The notes below the pieces were generated by a model. It saw only the letters and a program-made list of their open reading frames with translations, searched no databases and was not told the origin of the DNA. From NCBI GenBank assembly GCA_051294905.1, contig CM119371.1, positions 33,544,001 through 33,608,000 on the forward strand: a DNA stretch of 64,000 nucleotides. Reading direction: 5' to 3'. Both the position numbers and the translations under genes were made by a program. Numbering within the stretch: the stretch's first letter is position 1; each line of letters opens with the position of its first letter. Shown in pieces: positions 49,671 to 63,690 of this stretch. The DNA is from Botryllus schlosseri (Eukaryota).

Positions 49671-52477
49671 ATATGTGTCTGAACTCCATATCCGCATATT
49701 GTATATCTGCTTGGTGAAAAGAAATCACGATGTAAGGTTGGTAGGCATAGATCTTTCTTGTTAGGCTATACACATTCTCCAGAATCTTTAGGTTATTATT
49801 AGCTAGTTATTTAGAATATTATTTAGGTGTTTCTGATCTTTACCAATAGAAACATATTAATCGCGTTGAATCTTTGCACCACTGTACGCAATTACCGTGG
49901 TATGCATACTAGCACAATTAGCAGCCTCGAAATTGTGCATGATCCTATTGTACAAGACACATTGGTGCATTTTAAAGCGTGCTCCGATAAAAATGAATGG
50001 CCAACGCATAGCGAGGATAAGGCAGTGTTGAAAAATAATATTGCGTCTTGTAAAAGTGATGGCTGTAACGTTGATTCGCTCGATTTGTCACCCACATTAC
50101 ATTTTCCCGTCCAAGAAGAAATCCACTTCAACATATGAGACATGTATTTTCAAATTTGAAAACTATGACATTGTTGAGACTCGACCTCTCTTACGAAGTC
50201 GAAAGTTAGTATATGCTGGAAATCAATGCAGTTTGGCGAGGCTACGGTGTCTAGCATTCAGGCGATATGTCAGTGTGTGTCCTTGCCCGATTGGTTTGAA
50301 ATTGGCAAAAAAAAAAGAAGATGCAAATGTTTAGTGCTCTTGGAGATTGATGATTGCTGACGGAATAAATCACTTACCTCATTTTAATAGCCTGAAAACG
50401 GCAACAGTACGTGACGCGACAAACTTCCTGTATGAGAGTATAAAGTGCGAATTCGGTAAACCAGAGGTCGGGAACCTCCGGCTTGTGAGCCATATGTGAC
50501 TCTTTTCGATTATATGGCATGGCTTTTTAAAAACTTTCTAATTTACCACCTAATTCGCATCTTATCTAGCTATTTTGCTGAATGTCTTTGTAAATTTTCA
50601 TAACGTCTGGAATTATTATGCTTGCGCCAATTCAGGTAACGTATTTGTAGGGTCAAAAATTGGGGCAACCAGAGCATTTAGGGTTATGAACACTCCTTTT
50701 CGAAATCCTAAATCTATTTAGTCTGTTAATCGCTCATTTACCATTCATATATAATAATAATTTTCTATGATGGAATAAACACCTCCACGCTTCTCGGGAC
50801 ATGCATCGCTGCACGCAACACCGCTATGGCGACGCTTTTATGACAATGCAGTTTTCAAAAACGCATTTTGTTCCAAGTTATCGACGTTAACTTCCCTTGC
50901 TGACCTTGTATGGTAGTGACATTACCAATTACAAATTCAACTTACAAATATAGTCATCTAAAATCCTGATTGGTCAGTAGCTTTCTCGCAAAACCGTTAA
51001 AATGTAGGTTACTATAGCTCAACGTTATGTTACCGCCAAAGAATTTGAGAATTGAATGGTAAAGTTAACCAAACGATATCGAATTACGATGGTTACTGAA
51101 ATTTTCTCATGGCATGGAGCAACTGATTGAACAGCGCGTCACTGTCAGTAGAGCCATTGAAGTGTTGTTAGTTGTTGTTGATTATTATTATTTGATTGGC
51201 GATTATAACGCAAGTGGTTTTGTTCGCCATATCCAAAAAGTCATTTATCATCTGGGGGTGGGTATTGCATTACAAAATATAAACTCAAATATATGGCTTT
51301 GTTGCGAGAACGAATTCCACAACGTATGGAAAAATATGCGTGTCAGTCAAGTTTGTTACGGTGGGAGCGATATTCTTACTCCGACACGTGTCCTCGATAA
51401 CTCTTCTCTGGTGTCTATAATTTCGACACGTCAATAAATAATGAATAATTGAAGTGTGATTTTGACCTTCGCGCGTGCTGCGCGGATGCCGTGCAGGGCC
51501 GTGTTACTGAATAATGCGCAGTGAATTCCCACGTTTGCTGTTTTCTAAGATGGTTGGTTTTGCTTTAAAATACACATGAATATCTTAATTGCTTCAAGTT
51601 TCTAAAAAATATAATAATCATGGTTTCAAGGTTTCAACGGAAAGAAAATTCAATCTATGTAGCTCACAAAAAGTTCCTGAACCGTATAGCAAAAGCTTAA
51701 GTGTCACATGCTCAACACCTCAATTGCAGCTTTTCTCGGTGTCTGATGCTCAAATGTGACGCAACCCGCTTGTAACATCTCCCAAGTGTTTACGAGGACG
51801 AAGAATCCAATGTATAGGCTAGTTAAGTTTGATGCCGTGCTTCAGTGACGTCACGTATCATCGTACCTATCATGGCCATCACCGAGTATGAAATTGCCCT
51901 TAACAAAAGAGCCCTAATCTCCGGGAATTATGTTAGCTGTCAACTGTATTTTCCAGTCTTGAACACTTATTATGCAATAACGTAACGGGTGAGATTCGAT
52001 CGTTAGGTGTCGTTTTTCGCTTCGTTCCTTAAAGTGAACAGTATCATGGTTATACGTTTCACGAAGGAAATATAACGGACAAAACTGCGAAGGTGACGAT
52101 TAGGGTGCAGCTATATCGTATATGCGAACACTCGGAAACTATAGGCACCCATGCCAACTGTGGCAGCGACAAGAGTTTTCATGTCACGCTACATGCTTTG
52201 ACGACCATGATAATGTTTTCTCTTCTATTAGCTAGTCGAAAGCTGGTACAGGACTGGCAATAAATATAGTTTGACGGGGATATGGTTCCTATAGCGTTCA
52301 TAAAAGATGTTAAGTATAGGTCTGCAATCTGTTCATTACATCGCACTGTGTCTTATCGTATTGTAAGTTGTGTGTGTCTTGTTTAGATGAAAAAATATAA
52401 TCATACGATTATTAATTATATTGATTATTGTTCGATTGGTTAGGAAATTGTCACAACAACCAAAAAGCTACACATGG

Positions 52478-53434
52478 CAGTGTTGGGATGACTCGAGTCA
52501 TGACTTGACTCGAGTCAGACTCGAGTCAACTTTTCGTATGACTTGACTTGACTCGAGTCACTTTACCAAAATGACTCGACTTGACTTGACTCGGCACTTC
52601 AGAATTCTGGATTGACTCGTGACTCGGAGCAAAATTCACGAGTCAATTTCAAGTCATCAAGTTAGCGGTGTCGGTTGAATTTATGTGTCTTGTGCATGTT
52701 CGGATTGTTCGCGATACGCCGGTGTCACTTACGAGAGCAACCATTCATTTACTGATTGCTTCTTTGTTACATCACAAATAAATTGACCTCAAACGAAATG
52801 ATCACACCTTACGTCGTTGTAGTAGTAGTAGATTTAATCTAATCGCAACGTATCTCTATTTCTTAGACGACTCAGTATTGCGCAGCGCTCACCCTTACCA
52901 ACCTCAAATCGAATGAACATAGCTTATGCGTTTATATTCCCACGGATGTATAGATGGGTGGGTAGTGTATTGTACGATATCAATTTGTTTCAACTTTTCG
53001 AGGATTCTTATTCGATCCTCAATTTTGGATGATAATAACAGACGGTAGCATGTAGCTATACAGTTACGTATTTTATTAGCAGTTCTACGTGTGCGTGAGT
53101 GATACAACACCTTTATGCATGTATTTAACTTTATATTCGTTATTTGATTCAAGATAAATGACCAATTTATATGTCCTTCACGCAGCGAGCAAAATGTAAT
53201 GACTTTGAATCATGTGACTCATACTTCGAAAATTCAATTTGACTTGAATTGTGACTTGACTCGTGACTTGACTTGACTTGACTCGACTTGACTCGAGTCA
53301 CCTCCGAAAAACGAGTGACTTGACTTGACTCGAGTCACCTTCGAAAATCGAATGACTTGACTTGACTCGAGTCAAAATGTGCAATGACTCGAGATGACTC
53401 GTGACTCGAAGGTAGTGACTTGATCCCAACCCTG
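52478..53434 (-). mobile_element. hAT MITE, GACTCGAGTC family, inverted relative to the 4639 copy
   Basis: CAGTGTTGGGAT/ATCCCAACCCTG termini, perfect TSD ACACATGG. Confidence 0.93.
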
Positions 53435-54050
53435 ACACATGGTGTGTAGAATAGCAGAGACATAATTGCGGACTGAATAAATTAGTTACCTATCTTCAAT
53501 GCATGAAAAACGCAATAGTCCTCCATAAACGATAGCTTTACCACGGTATGGAATTTAAATGTGAACTGTGCAATTTATAGTTTTAACTAGTAATTAGCTA
53601 CAATATCGGTAGGAAAAACCACTGGAGCATATATCAGTAACCATGATGTGCTCAAGGTCCCTCGAAAATCCAGCAACATGAGACTTCAACCTGGAATCAA
53701 TGCGAAAAGATTTGACTCGTGAGTTATCGGTATTTCTACAACATCGGAATACAAAGAGTAAATACGACTGACGCAGCTGCACAAGTTACTGGCGGGGTGT
53801 TGGCAGGTCCATTTTCCAAACAAAAAATCCGCTACGCTTGGATGCGAAAAGTAAATGTAATCAATACTCCTTTAGGGTGTGAATTCTCTGTAATGAATAT
53901 TGAACCACGATATAATTGATTTTCGTTACATGGCAAGTGCTTTGACAGAGCACGTTTCTATGACAAAATCTTACGCAATCTATTTTGAAGAGCTTCTTGG
54001 AGGTACAGAACTTCAATATACAATTAAATAGTATATTCATATTGAAATGA

Positions 54051-54094
54051 ACCCGAATATTTTCGGCTGACACTCGTCAGGGGTAATCGTCAGC
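54051..54094 (-). ncRNA. Minimal hammerhead ribozyme (inverted pLTR)
   Basis: Exact reverse complement of 55091-55134. Confidence 0.82.
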
Positions 54095-54249
54095 AACTAG
54101 TAGAGAATTGGAAAGAACATTGTATATCAACAATCGTATCACAAAATATGACGTCAACAGCATGAAATTTCGAATGAGAGAGCGTTCAATGTACTATTTT
54201 TAGGTGATACACGAACTCCTTTTGTTGACAGAGTTTTGGTTGGTGTATT

Positions 54250-54999
54250 TTGATAAACCTCATAGGCACACTCGTGCATAGAGCGCTGATGATATGTTCG
54301 GGTAACAAACTGAGTTTAGAACTTGACTACATCCGAAAAATCTTACTTGATAACGGTTACCCTGAACACGTCATCAGCCGCGGCATGGAGAGGAAATTAA
54401 CGCAATTCAACGCAGAAAAACGAACAGAGCCCACCGCACGAACAATAAAAGATGTTTATATCCATCTACCTTGGATTGGCCCCATTTCCACCCGCTTTGA
54501 AAAACAATTGATTTCTGCTGTCGGTAAATGTTACGATACAGTCAAAACCAATGTGATTTTTACAACAACACAACTGCTCCCTTCAACACGCGAAGACGTG
54601 CTTCCTGCACTTCAACAAAGTAATGTAGTGTACGAATATAGGTGCCACTGTGATTGTGGCTACGTGGGAAGAACGTCAAGACGTCTGCAGGACCGCATAA
54701 ACCAACATGTCCCCAGATTTATCAGAACACGTGCGTCACGCGATGTGAAAAGCTCACCCTTAACTCATCCACTCAAGATTGATGCTGATCGATCAAAAGC
54801 CATTAATTCTGCCATCGGCAAACATCTGTTGGATAATCCGATTTGTGCGAATAATTATCGAGACGACCGATTTCGAATCGTAGGTCGAGGCCGTTCACAA
54901 TTCCATTTGTGTGCCTTGGAATCAACTTTTATCAAAATACACCAACCAAAACTCTGTCAACAAAAGGAGTTCGTGTATCACCTAAAAATAGTACATTGA
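54250..54999 (+). CDS. PLE ORF C-terminus: RT thumb/linker plus GIY-YIG endonuclease (5'-truncated)
   Basis: LVHRALMICS, L.DNGYP, LPWIG, VVYEYRCHCDCGYVGRTSRRL.DRI.QH, SAIGKHL, LESTFI...P.LC.Q. Confidence 0.92.
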   Translation: MINLIGTLVHRALMICSGNKLSLELDYIRKILLDNGYPEHVISRGMERKLTQFNAEKRTEPTARTIKDVYIHLPWIGPISTRFEKQLISAVGKCYDTVKTNVIFTTTQLLPSTREDVLPALQQSNVVYEYRCHCDCGYVGRTSRRLQDRINQHVPRFIRTRASRDVKSSPLTHPLKIDADRSKAINSAIGKHLLDNPICANNYRDDRFRIVGRGRSQFHLCALESTFIKIHQPKLCQQKEFVYHLKIVH

Positions 55000-55090
55000 A
55001 CGCTCTCTCATTCGAAATTTCATGCTGTTGACGTCATATTTTGTGATACGATTGTTGATATACAATGTTCTTTCCAATTCTCTACTAGTT

Positions 55091-55134
55091 GCTGACGATT
55101 ACCCCTGACGAGTGTCAGCCGAAAATATTCGGGT
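55091..55134 (+). ncRNA. Minimal hammerhead ribozyme (3' pLTR)
   Basis: ACCC-CTGACGA-GTGTCAGCC-GAAA-ATATTC-GGGT, with upstream GCTGAC. Confidence 0.82.
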
Positions 55135-58100
55135 TCATTTCAATATGAATATACTATTTAATTGCAATCTATTTTGAGCACTCTATAATGTTCGTTGCAC
55201 GTTACTCTGCCGTATTACAAAGTATTTGTCCGTGCAATGCACCAATAGAATTTAAAGGGCTTGTTAAAGAGACGCCAAGTAGTATGGAACCTTTTTATAG
55301 AATTGGATAACGTGTTCATAGTTAATAACCGAAGCTATACGAGCGGACATGTGTCGGCGGTTGGAGTTGGTAACTGTGCCATCATTCGGTTCGGTGTGAA
55401 ATCTTAAATTCAAGATACGAAATGATATAATTCAGACACGAACAAAACTTGATGCGCTATTTGCAAATGCTACACAATTTTTTTTTGTTGCCGTAGACTT
55501 AGGGGTGGGCAAATATGTGTTTTCGACGACTAATTGAGAAGCATCGACGGCTAATTGAGAAGCAGAGTATTGACGGGCCGAGTCAACGAATAAACTGTAT
55601 TCGGTATATAAATAATTTTATTTTTATATTGGAAACAGTGCATTATATTATTCACAGAAGCTGCTTAAGTGGATGTGCTGATATTAGATGATGAGAAAGT
55701 GAGGATTAATCAACAAAAAAGTCTATTTATTTAGTGTCATTATTAAAAACAATGAAACACATGAAATATTATGAACGGAAATTACACTCATTTTAAAATA
55801 TGGAACATTTACTTTCAAAATGGAAAACCACGACTCTGTCGAGACTCGACTTCTGTTCTGTTAGCTGGTCGAAAGCTGGTCTAGGACTGGAAATCAATGT
55901 AGCTCGGCGGGGATACTGTTCCCAGCATTCAGATAAGATGTTAGTCGGTATACTTGCTTGATTGGTTTAAAAATTGTCACAACAATCGAGCAGAGACACA
56001 TGGTATTTACACTTGGAGATATATGATTGCAGAGTGAATGAATCACTATAGCTGTGTTTTTACGGCCTGAAAAACGCAACAGTACGTCACACGATAACTT
56101 TCATTCTGTATGGAAGTAAAGTGTGGATTCTGCCATTTAAATCATGACTTATTTGCATACCGTGCAGCAACATCACAGAAGCGGATATAGAAGTTACCGT
56201 CTTAAAACTCCTCCAAAGTCTAGCAACATATGGCGTCAGCAGTAAATCAAAGCGAAATACATGCGAAAATAATTGGCACGCGAGTCCTTGATATTTGTTA
56301 TACTTCAGACAACAATGTATCGCTGAACCCTGGTATATATACGTTTACGTCATTTTCTCAGCAAAATCTCGCAACATATGAATTAAAAGAGTGAATACGG
56401 CTGATGCACCTGCACAGGTTGCTACTAGTGGTGTGTCGGGAATTCCTTTTTCAAACAAATATCTGCAACGCTTGGATGCAAAAAGGAAATGTAATCAACA
56501 CTCCTGTGAGGGTGTGAATTCTCTATAATTGAATGTCGAACCAAAATAGAATTGATTTTCGTTACATGTCAAGAGCTTGTACAAAACACGTTTCTATGAC
56601 AAAATCGAACATAATCTGATTGGAGCACTCTATAATGTTCGTTGCACGTTACTCTGCCCTAATTCAAAGTATTTGTCCGTGCAATGCACCTATAGAAATT
56701 AAAAGGCTTGTTAAAGAGACGCTAAGTAGTACGGAACCTTATTATTGAATTGGATAACGTATTCATACTTATTAACCGAAGCTTTTCCAGCGGACACGTG
56801 TCGGGGGTTCGGAGTTGGTAACTGTGACGTGCCGAGTCAACGAATAAACTGTTTCTGGTATCTAAATAATTTTATTTCTATATTGGAAGCTGTGAATTAT
56901 ATTATTAACAGAAGCTGCTTAAGTGGATATGCTGATACTAGATGATGAGAAAATGAGGATTAATTTACAAAAAAGTCTATTTATTTAGTGTCATTCCTAA
57001 AAACAATGAAAGACGTGAAATATTTTGAACTAAAATTACACTCATTTTAAAATATGGAACATTAACTTTCAAAATGGAAAACCACGACTCTGTCGAGACT
57101 CGACTTCTGTTCTGTTAGCTGGTCGAAAGCTGGCCAGGACTGGGGATCAATGTAGCTCGGCGGGGATACTGTTCCTAGGATTCAGATAAGATGTTAGTCG
57201 GTCTACTTGCTTGATTGGCTTAAATATTTTCACAACAATCAAGCAGAAGCACATGGTAATTTCACTTGCAGATATATGGTTGCTGAGTGGATGAAACACT
57301 AGCTATATTTTTACGGCCAGAAATAACGCAACAGTACGTCACACGATAAATTTCATTCTGTATGGGAGTAAAGTATGGATTCTGCCACTCAAACCACGAC
57401 TTATTTGCAGCCCTTGCAGCATTCGTCTGCAACATCACAGACACGGATGGAAGTGACTGGCCTAAGACCCTTCCAAAGTCTAGCAACATATGGCTTCAGC
57501 GGTAAATCGATGCCAAATGCATGCAAAAATATTTGGCATGCGAGTTCTTGATGTTTGTTATACTTCAGACGACAAGGTGTCGCTGATCCCAAACGTTTGC
57601 GTCATTTTCCCAGTAAAATTTCGCAACACGTGCACTCAAAGAGTAAATACGGCTGACACAACTTCGCAGGTTACTACTGGTGGTGTGTTGGCAATTCCAT
57701 CTTTCAAACAAAAATCTGCAACGCCTGGATGCGAAAAGTAAATGTAATCAACACTCCTGTAAGGGCCACACCTATGATGTGAATTCTTTATCATTAATGT
57801 TGAATTTATTTTCGCTACGAGCGAAGTGTCCCTACAGAACGCGTTTCTGTGACAATATCTTACATTCTATATTTTGAGCACTTAATAATGTTCGCTGGAC
57901 TGCTACCACGATTCGCGGTATTTGTGCGGGCTATGCCCCTCTCGAATTTAAAAGGCGTGTTAAAAGACCCCCATACGGAACCATATCATAAAGTTTGATA
58001 TACATACGTAGGTATTACCCGAAACTTCCCGATCTGACATTCATCAGGGGTTGCGGAAAGCTATGAAGCAAATATACAGAAACTTTTTCTCACCAACCGG

Positions 58101-58348
58101 CATCGCTAATCCCATAGTACAAATGTTTACTTAAGCTGCGAGAAAAATAAAATGCAGACACGGAAAAACGAGTAAATGGACTATTTTCAAATAAGACATA
58201 AACTCGTTTGTTTGCTAAGATTGGGTTGACAAATTGTGATAGGTATGGACTCGAGAACAGAGAAATTAAATAAATTACGAACTTTTGAAAAACCGCGCTA
58301 GATAAAAATTCCCAGCAGATTTTGGTGATCAAGCAAGCCAGACAAGAT

Positions 58349-58465
58349 ACCGTAATGGTGGAGCGTCCGTGGGTTCAATGCCCCTCGGGTCAGGCCAAAT
58401 ACCAATGACAGTAAAACAATGGCGTCCGTGGCTCACCCGTTCAGCATTTCCGGGACAGCATGGAT
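58349..58465 (+). mobile_element. Degenerate copy of the tRNA-derived SINE
   Basis: CGTAATGGTGGAGCGTCC..GTGGGTTCAATGCCC..GGGTCAGGCCAAA aligns to the 43170-43306 copy. Confidence 0.6.
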
Positions 58466-59822
58466 GAATTATGGATATTTGGTACAATACTTAGAAAGTC
58501 TTACACGGTTATTTCTTCAGCTTCCATGTCTCGCGGCATATCCACAAACTGATAATGAATTGATATATATGTTGCAATAATATCAAAAAGACAAATATGC
58601 AACGTCCTATCTATATACAGAGTGTTTTATTGAGAATAATTACAATCAAAATACCATACATTCTGCAAGTGCTGTGCATTTCTTGGGAGCTCCCGTCTGG
58701 TAAACTTGATTGTTAGAGTGTGAAAGTTATCTGATAAATTGAATACTATTTCTGTAATCAAATATGAGCTTAACAAATAAAATCGCAACCGGCAAATGGA
58801 AAGGAACGGAATCACCAACATTATGGACAACAATAATAACCAAATTAAAAAGGAATTAAATAGACGGGTGTATAAATATGGTGAATTTGCACAATGCAAC
58901 GAATTACACGTAGAGGAATTTTTAGCCACTCGTCTGATTGTATTGGTTTGGATAAAACGAAAAGAATATAATGCATATTTATTAAAAACCATGCAGTGTG
59001 ACCTTTATTGTTCCCAGATACTCGAATGTTCACCTTGAAAAGTCTCATCGTATTGTTCGGTCGAAACGCAACAGAGTGATACCCATTGCTCAATTATAAA
59101 TAAGTATATGAATATTGAAGATGTATTTGGCATTTCAGAAGGTCGGGAGTTAGATTTTGACATGGCACACCACCACAACAATCACAATTCGACGACTGGT
59201 CGGGTATCGTTGTATTAAAGATACTGTTTAATATATATGGCATGTTGCACAGTGCATGCAAAAGGTTCTCGAGCACTGGTATATACATTTCTCGCAAAAT
59301 GTTCTGCAAATCTTGAATAGAAATGTAAATACGGTATGCTCAAATTACATGTGGAGCGTGGCTATTTCTATTTATATACAAAATTCTGCAACGTATCGAT
59401 GCTTTAAGTCAACGCGTTCAGCATTCCAGTGAGGACCACAACGATGGTGTGGATTCTCCACAAATAGAAGTCTACCAAGAGAGATATAGGAACAAGTTAC
59501 GCTTTGATTTCGTATCGAATTCATCGCGAATTCTAGATTAGGAAACAACTGAATAAGAAACCATCACATATCCTCCTTGCTTGTTCATAATGCCTTGACG
59601 GTATGATCTCAGAACGTTTCATGACGATACCGTTCAACCGTGTCGACCGCATCTGCTATATTTTCGACTTGAAGCTGTGTTTTGTAATGTAAAGACCACG
59701 TTCTATGATTGCCGCAGTTCAAAATTCTTCACGCATGCAATCCACTTGGAGTAAATGTTGACTGCGTGAAAAAGCCCGATGCACACATCAACTAGTACAG
59801 GTAAATGAGGAAAGCTTGCAAC

Positions 59823-60665
59823 TAGGGCCATTCAAAGTCAATAAAGTTATGTTTTTTTCTATGCATCAGTAAATCATGAAATCAATTTAAACGCAAAAAC
59901 CGCATCCCAATGAGGTATATTAAGAAAGTTATTAAGTCATATAAAGTCATATTTCCTGGTTAGGTTATAAATCAGCTTTATAAGTTACCAATTTAAGCAG
60001 TGGAGCAATTAAGCACTATAAAAGTAAGGCAGTTAGTCGCTGGGGTAGCTGGTTGAATGCTGCTCAATATTATGCTGAGAGACTTCCACAAGAGAAAGAA
60101 ATAGTCAATGCATAGGAAGGTGAAGGAGTTATTGTAAAGAGCGTCAAAAAATCAGTCAACGATCCAAAGTTGACTAGTCAGTTAACGGAAATAAGATTCC
60201 ACTACAACAATATATCAAACTTAATACTCAAAATGGAAAATTGTACGTACACCATCAAAGAGGCCCATGCTGATCTAAATGCCCTAGATTTCGGAAAAGA
60301 TCCGCTTGAGCTCAAAATTACATTGAGAAGCAATCGGACAAAAACGATATGAAAAAAGTTACGGAGCTGCAAAGACTGCAAAACTACAGAAGTGTCAACC
60401 CACATCAGCGTTTGTGGAGCGCTCATATTCCTTACTTAAGTCATGTTTACGTCCAAATCGAAACTTCAAAGACTCTAACACACAGGGGTTTAAAATAAAA
60501 TGGATGTGTCTTACTGTTATCTCGCGAATGTTTTACTCTTTTATTCTGTGATACGTTGTTCACATGTAAAAATACACGATTTTTACATAAAGTCATATAA
60601 AGTCATATTTTCTAAAAAATAAAGTCATATTATTGATTTTTTAAGGTCATATAAAGATGGACCTA
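59823..60665 (+). mobile_element. hAT deletion derivative with transposase C-terminal remnant
   Basis: TAGGGCCAT/ATGGACCTA termini, ATAAAGTCAT repeats, TSD CTTGCAAC/CTTTCCAC (6/8). Remnant YTIKEAH..LDFG.D and LQKCQPTSAFVERSYS..LRPNRNF (hAT dimerisation motif). Confidence 0.8.
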
Positions 60666-61606
60666 CTTTCCACGCTCCGTGAAACGCGACAATCGAATTT
60701 GAAAACGTTGCAATAATTCACTGATCGTTGATCAATGCAAATGAATGCAACAAAATTTTAAACATTATTAAATGATTTAAATTCTCGGTCACGAAGATAT
60801 CGAAAATTTATTGATGATTTCGCTGTCACTATCAAGCAGACAATCATCTACGATTACCGAACAGTTACTGCAAAAGTAGATACAATCTCGAATGGTCAGT
60901 ACTGGTCCAGTTTCATTCCTAACGCTGGGCAAAATCGAGTACCTATGTGATTCGATTCTGAATCACGAATTACGCTTCGAGTCGAGTCGAGTATTCAAGT
61001 ATCACTCATTATGACGTCACAACAGAATATACTATGTCAAATTTCAGATATGTACCTTTTAAGCCACCACCAAGAACGTAATGCTTGTTATCCGTCACAT
61101 TAAAGATGCATTGGTATTTTTTCGACCATACCGATTTCATTGCACTTCATGACAATGTTGTGGGATGATCATGACTTCGAAAATGTGTTATTTCCAGTAA
61201 CGTTCGTAAGTTTTTACTATGTCTCGTTTGTTGCGACACGGCCAATCATGGTTTCAAGGTTTCTCCATGGAAATAGTATCAAAACAATAATTCTCGTTAG
61301 CAAGTTAACTCTCAGTCGCGAGGAGCGCACAGCTCCAGTACTCGAAAAAATCGTCTTACACTGCTCAACTCGAATCATTAAAATTATTACTCGATTTCAA
61401 CTTCAAAGTACTCCATGGTATCGCCGGCATGGCTAAAATAACCACGATGCAAAATCCAATCCATTTTGCTGACGTTAACTAATATTAACATAACAGATCG
61501 GAAATGTGCCCGAGAAGAGAAATGATATCCAACATATAAAACACGAAATATCGTGATCATGAACTTAATTTTATTTTGAACTCTAAGCTGCGCACGATAC
61601 CATGAC

Positions 61607-63690
61607 CAGGGCTCTGGAGTCGTAGTCGGAGTCGGTGGAGTCGGAGTCGGAGTCGGGGTAATTTTCGCTTGATGGAGTCGGAGTCGGAGTCGGAGTCGTG
61701 TAAACTGAAATAGCTGGAGTCGGAGTCGGAGTCGCAGTCGGTGGGAAAATACTGACTGGAGTCGGAGTCGGAGTTTGTGAGAATGGCTATGATTTCGACT
61801 CCGACTCCGACTCCAACTTCTCTATCATGAAAACATTTTCAAAGAATTTTCAATATAATTTTTATGTACCACCAATCACTGTTATTATTAACCATACAGA
61901 TCAGCTGCGGCCAGCCCGTGGCACGCAGGCCAAATTTGGCACACGAGAAGGTTAGGTGTGGCCTGCGAGGTATTCTCGAAATTATTTATGACATCAGGTA
62001 CAATTGCAAGGCCAACCAAAATTTGGTTAGCATGACCGAGAAATTTGATGATGACTAAAACAACAGTTCTGACGTATTGACGTATCCAGGGGTCAGCCAC
62101 ATTTATCCCAGATCTTCGTATATGACCATAAAGTAGAATATTTCATAGCAGTTTTATTTGACTTGAAATTTTTCTCGATACTTCGCATGATCCATTGTCA
62201 CTAGATTTCTTGCATTCAGTATTTGAGCCCCCTTTTGAAAATTATAAATACATATTCTTCACAGAATTGAGTCTAACTATATTCGCAATTAGGAGATACG
62301 GCTTCGCTTGTGCACTCGCAGCGAGATCGTCGACAAAATATTTGCACAAAATGATAGATGATTTTTGCACAAACTGATACCATCGATTTTGCTATGTCTA
62401 AACGTCGAATAATCCTGTCCTTGCCAAATGAGCCCAGTGGTATACAGATGCGACCCCCAATGTATGTTAGCGACATATATATTGATATAGCTATAGCCTA
62501 ATTCAATCGTTATCTTGCAAAAAAATTTCGCGCTTCGCGCGACCAGTGCCTGATTGCGTACTGCACAGTTGGATGACATAATGTTATCAATTTTAAAGCG
62601 TAGTAATATAGGTCTTGTTTGCAATGTTTCATAATTCGGTTCGCTCCTACCGACGACTAAAAAAAGGTTATCAACATTCCCGTAGCCCGCGCAATGGTTC
62701 GTAAATCTCAGGTGTCCCTTTCGCCGAAAAAGTTGCCCACCCCTGATATAGATAAAAGACATTACTTGCAAATTACAACTCAGTTGCAAAGGGGACGAAA
62801 ATCGCAAGATGCGTTTTCGCGATGCAGTCAAAATTGATGCAATTTTTGGAATTATACCACGATACTGTGACAGAGAAAATGCATCGGCTGGTTTTGTAAA
62901 ATTGTAAAATCATGTAAATATGACCAAACGATGCTTCCCATTTGACAAAATTAAAAATATTTGTAGTGTAGCTTAGATGTTTGGGTCGAACAAATGATTA
63001 AGAAAGACTGCAAGTCCCAATCCTTGAATACTTGATTAAGTACATGTAGACTAGACATAGGCTATGGTCTTTGACTACTTAACTAAATTCCATTTATGAC
63101 CAATGTCTATTACTAGTAGTAAGAGTGTTTGTGCTTGTAATCAGGATAGTGTGGAATGACAAAATTAGTAAGTTCAATTTCTTTATTAGTTGCTGAGTCA
63201 TACACAAGAGCTACACTTGGATTTTTTATCGACATTTTTATTATACAGGATTGGATATCTGCCATATTTGAATGATTCATAGATTTCAGGATATTAGAGA
63301 GTCCATGTTATAAAAACTTGAATAAGGAAGGATATTTAGCAAATCTTTATTTCATGTTAATTGCATAGTGGATAATTCGAGCTGTGCCACAATGAAACAA
63401 TTCAGCATGCCGCAGTTAATCATATATTTGCATATGTTTAATGGTTGTATGATAGTCATTCAACCGACGATGTGGCATATGATTTTCGAGGTAAATTGAT
63501 AATAATGCTGGAGTCGGAGTCGGAGTCGGGAGTCGGAGTCGGTACGTTTAAAGACCCAGGAGTCGGAGTCGGAGTCGGTACGTTTAAAGACTCAGGAGTC
63601 GGAGTCGGAGTCGGAGTCGGTATATTGAAAATGTGTGGAGTCGGAGTCGGAGCCGGAGTCGGTGGTAAATTTACCGACTCCACAGCCCTG
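61607..63690. mobile_element. hAT MITE with (GGAGTC)n subterminal repeats; nested Charlie-like MITE at 61902-62745
   Basis: CAGGGCTCTGGAGTCG/CGACTCCACAGCCCTG termini, perfect TSD ACCATGAC. The nested element has TSD ATACAGAT/ATATAGAT. Confidence 0.92.

Larger units (their letters stand above)
53989..55164 (+). mobile_element. 5'-truncated Penelope-like retroelement with inverted pseudo-LTRs
   Basis: 237-bp inverted arms 54021-54257/54928-55164, a 32-nt tail on the inverted arm, and duplication CAATCTATTTTGA at 53976-88/55165-77. Confidence 0.93.
49900..58050. repeat. Diverged tandem array of a ~1.25-1.45 kb unit (3 clear copies plus 1-2 partial)
   Basis: Recurrent landmarks: GAGCACTCTATAATGTTCG at ~55177/56624/57877; TAGCTGGTCGAAAGCTGG at ~52229/55862/57116; AACGCAACAGTACGTCACACGA at ~50397/53509/56073/57326. 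One copy is interrupted by a MITE and the PLE. Confidence 0.85.

Noticed and set aside
61620..61815. Short repeats with spacers resembling a CRISPR array (also 4650-4830, 49255-49640)
   Set aside because: Hexamer or pentamer repeats with irregular spacing inside TSD-flanked MITEs; eukaryotic context and no cas genes.
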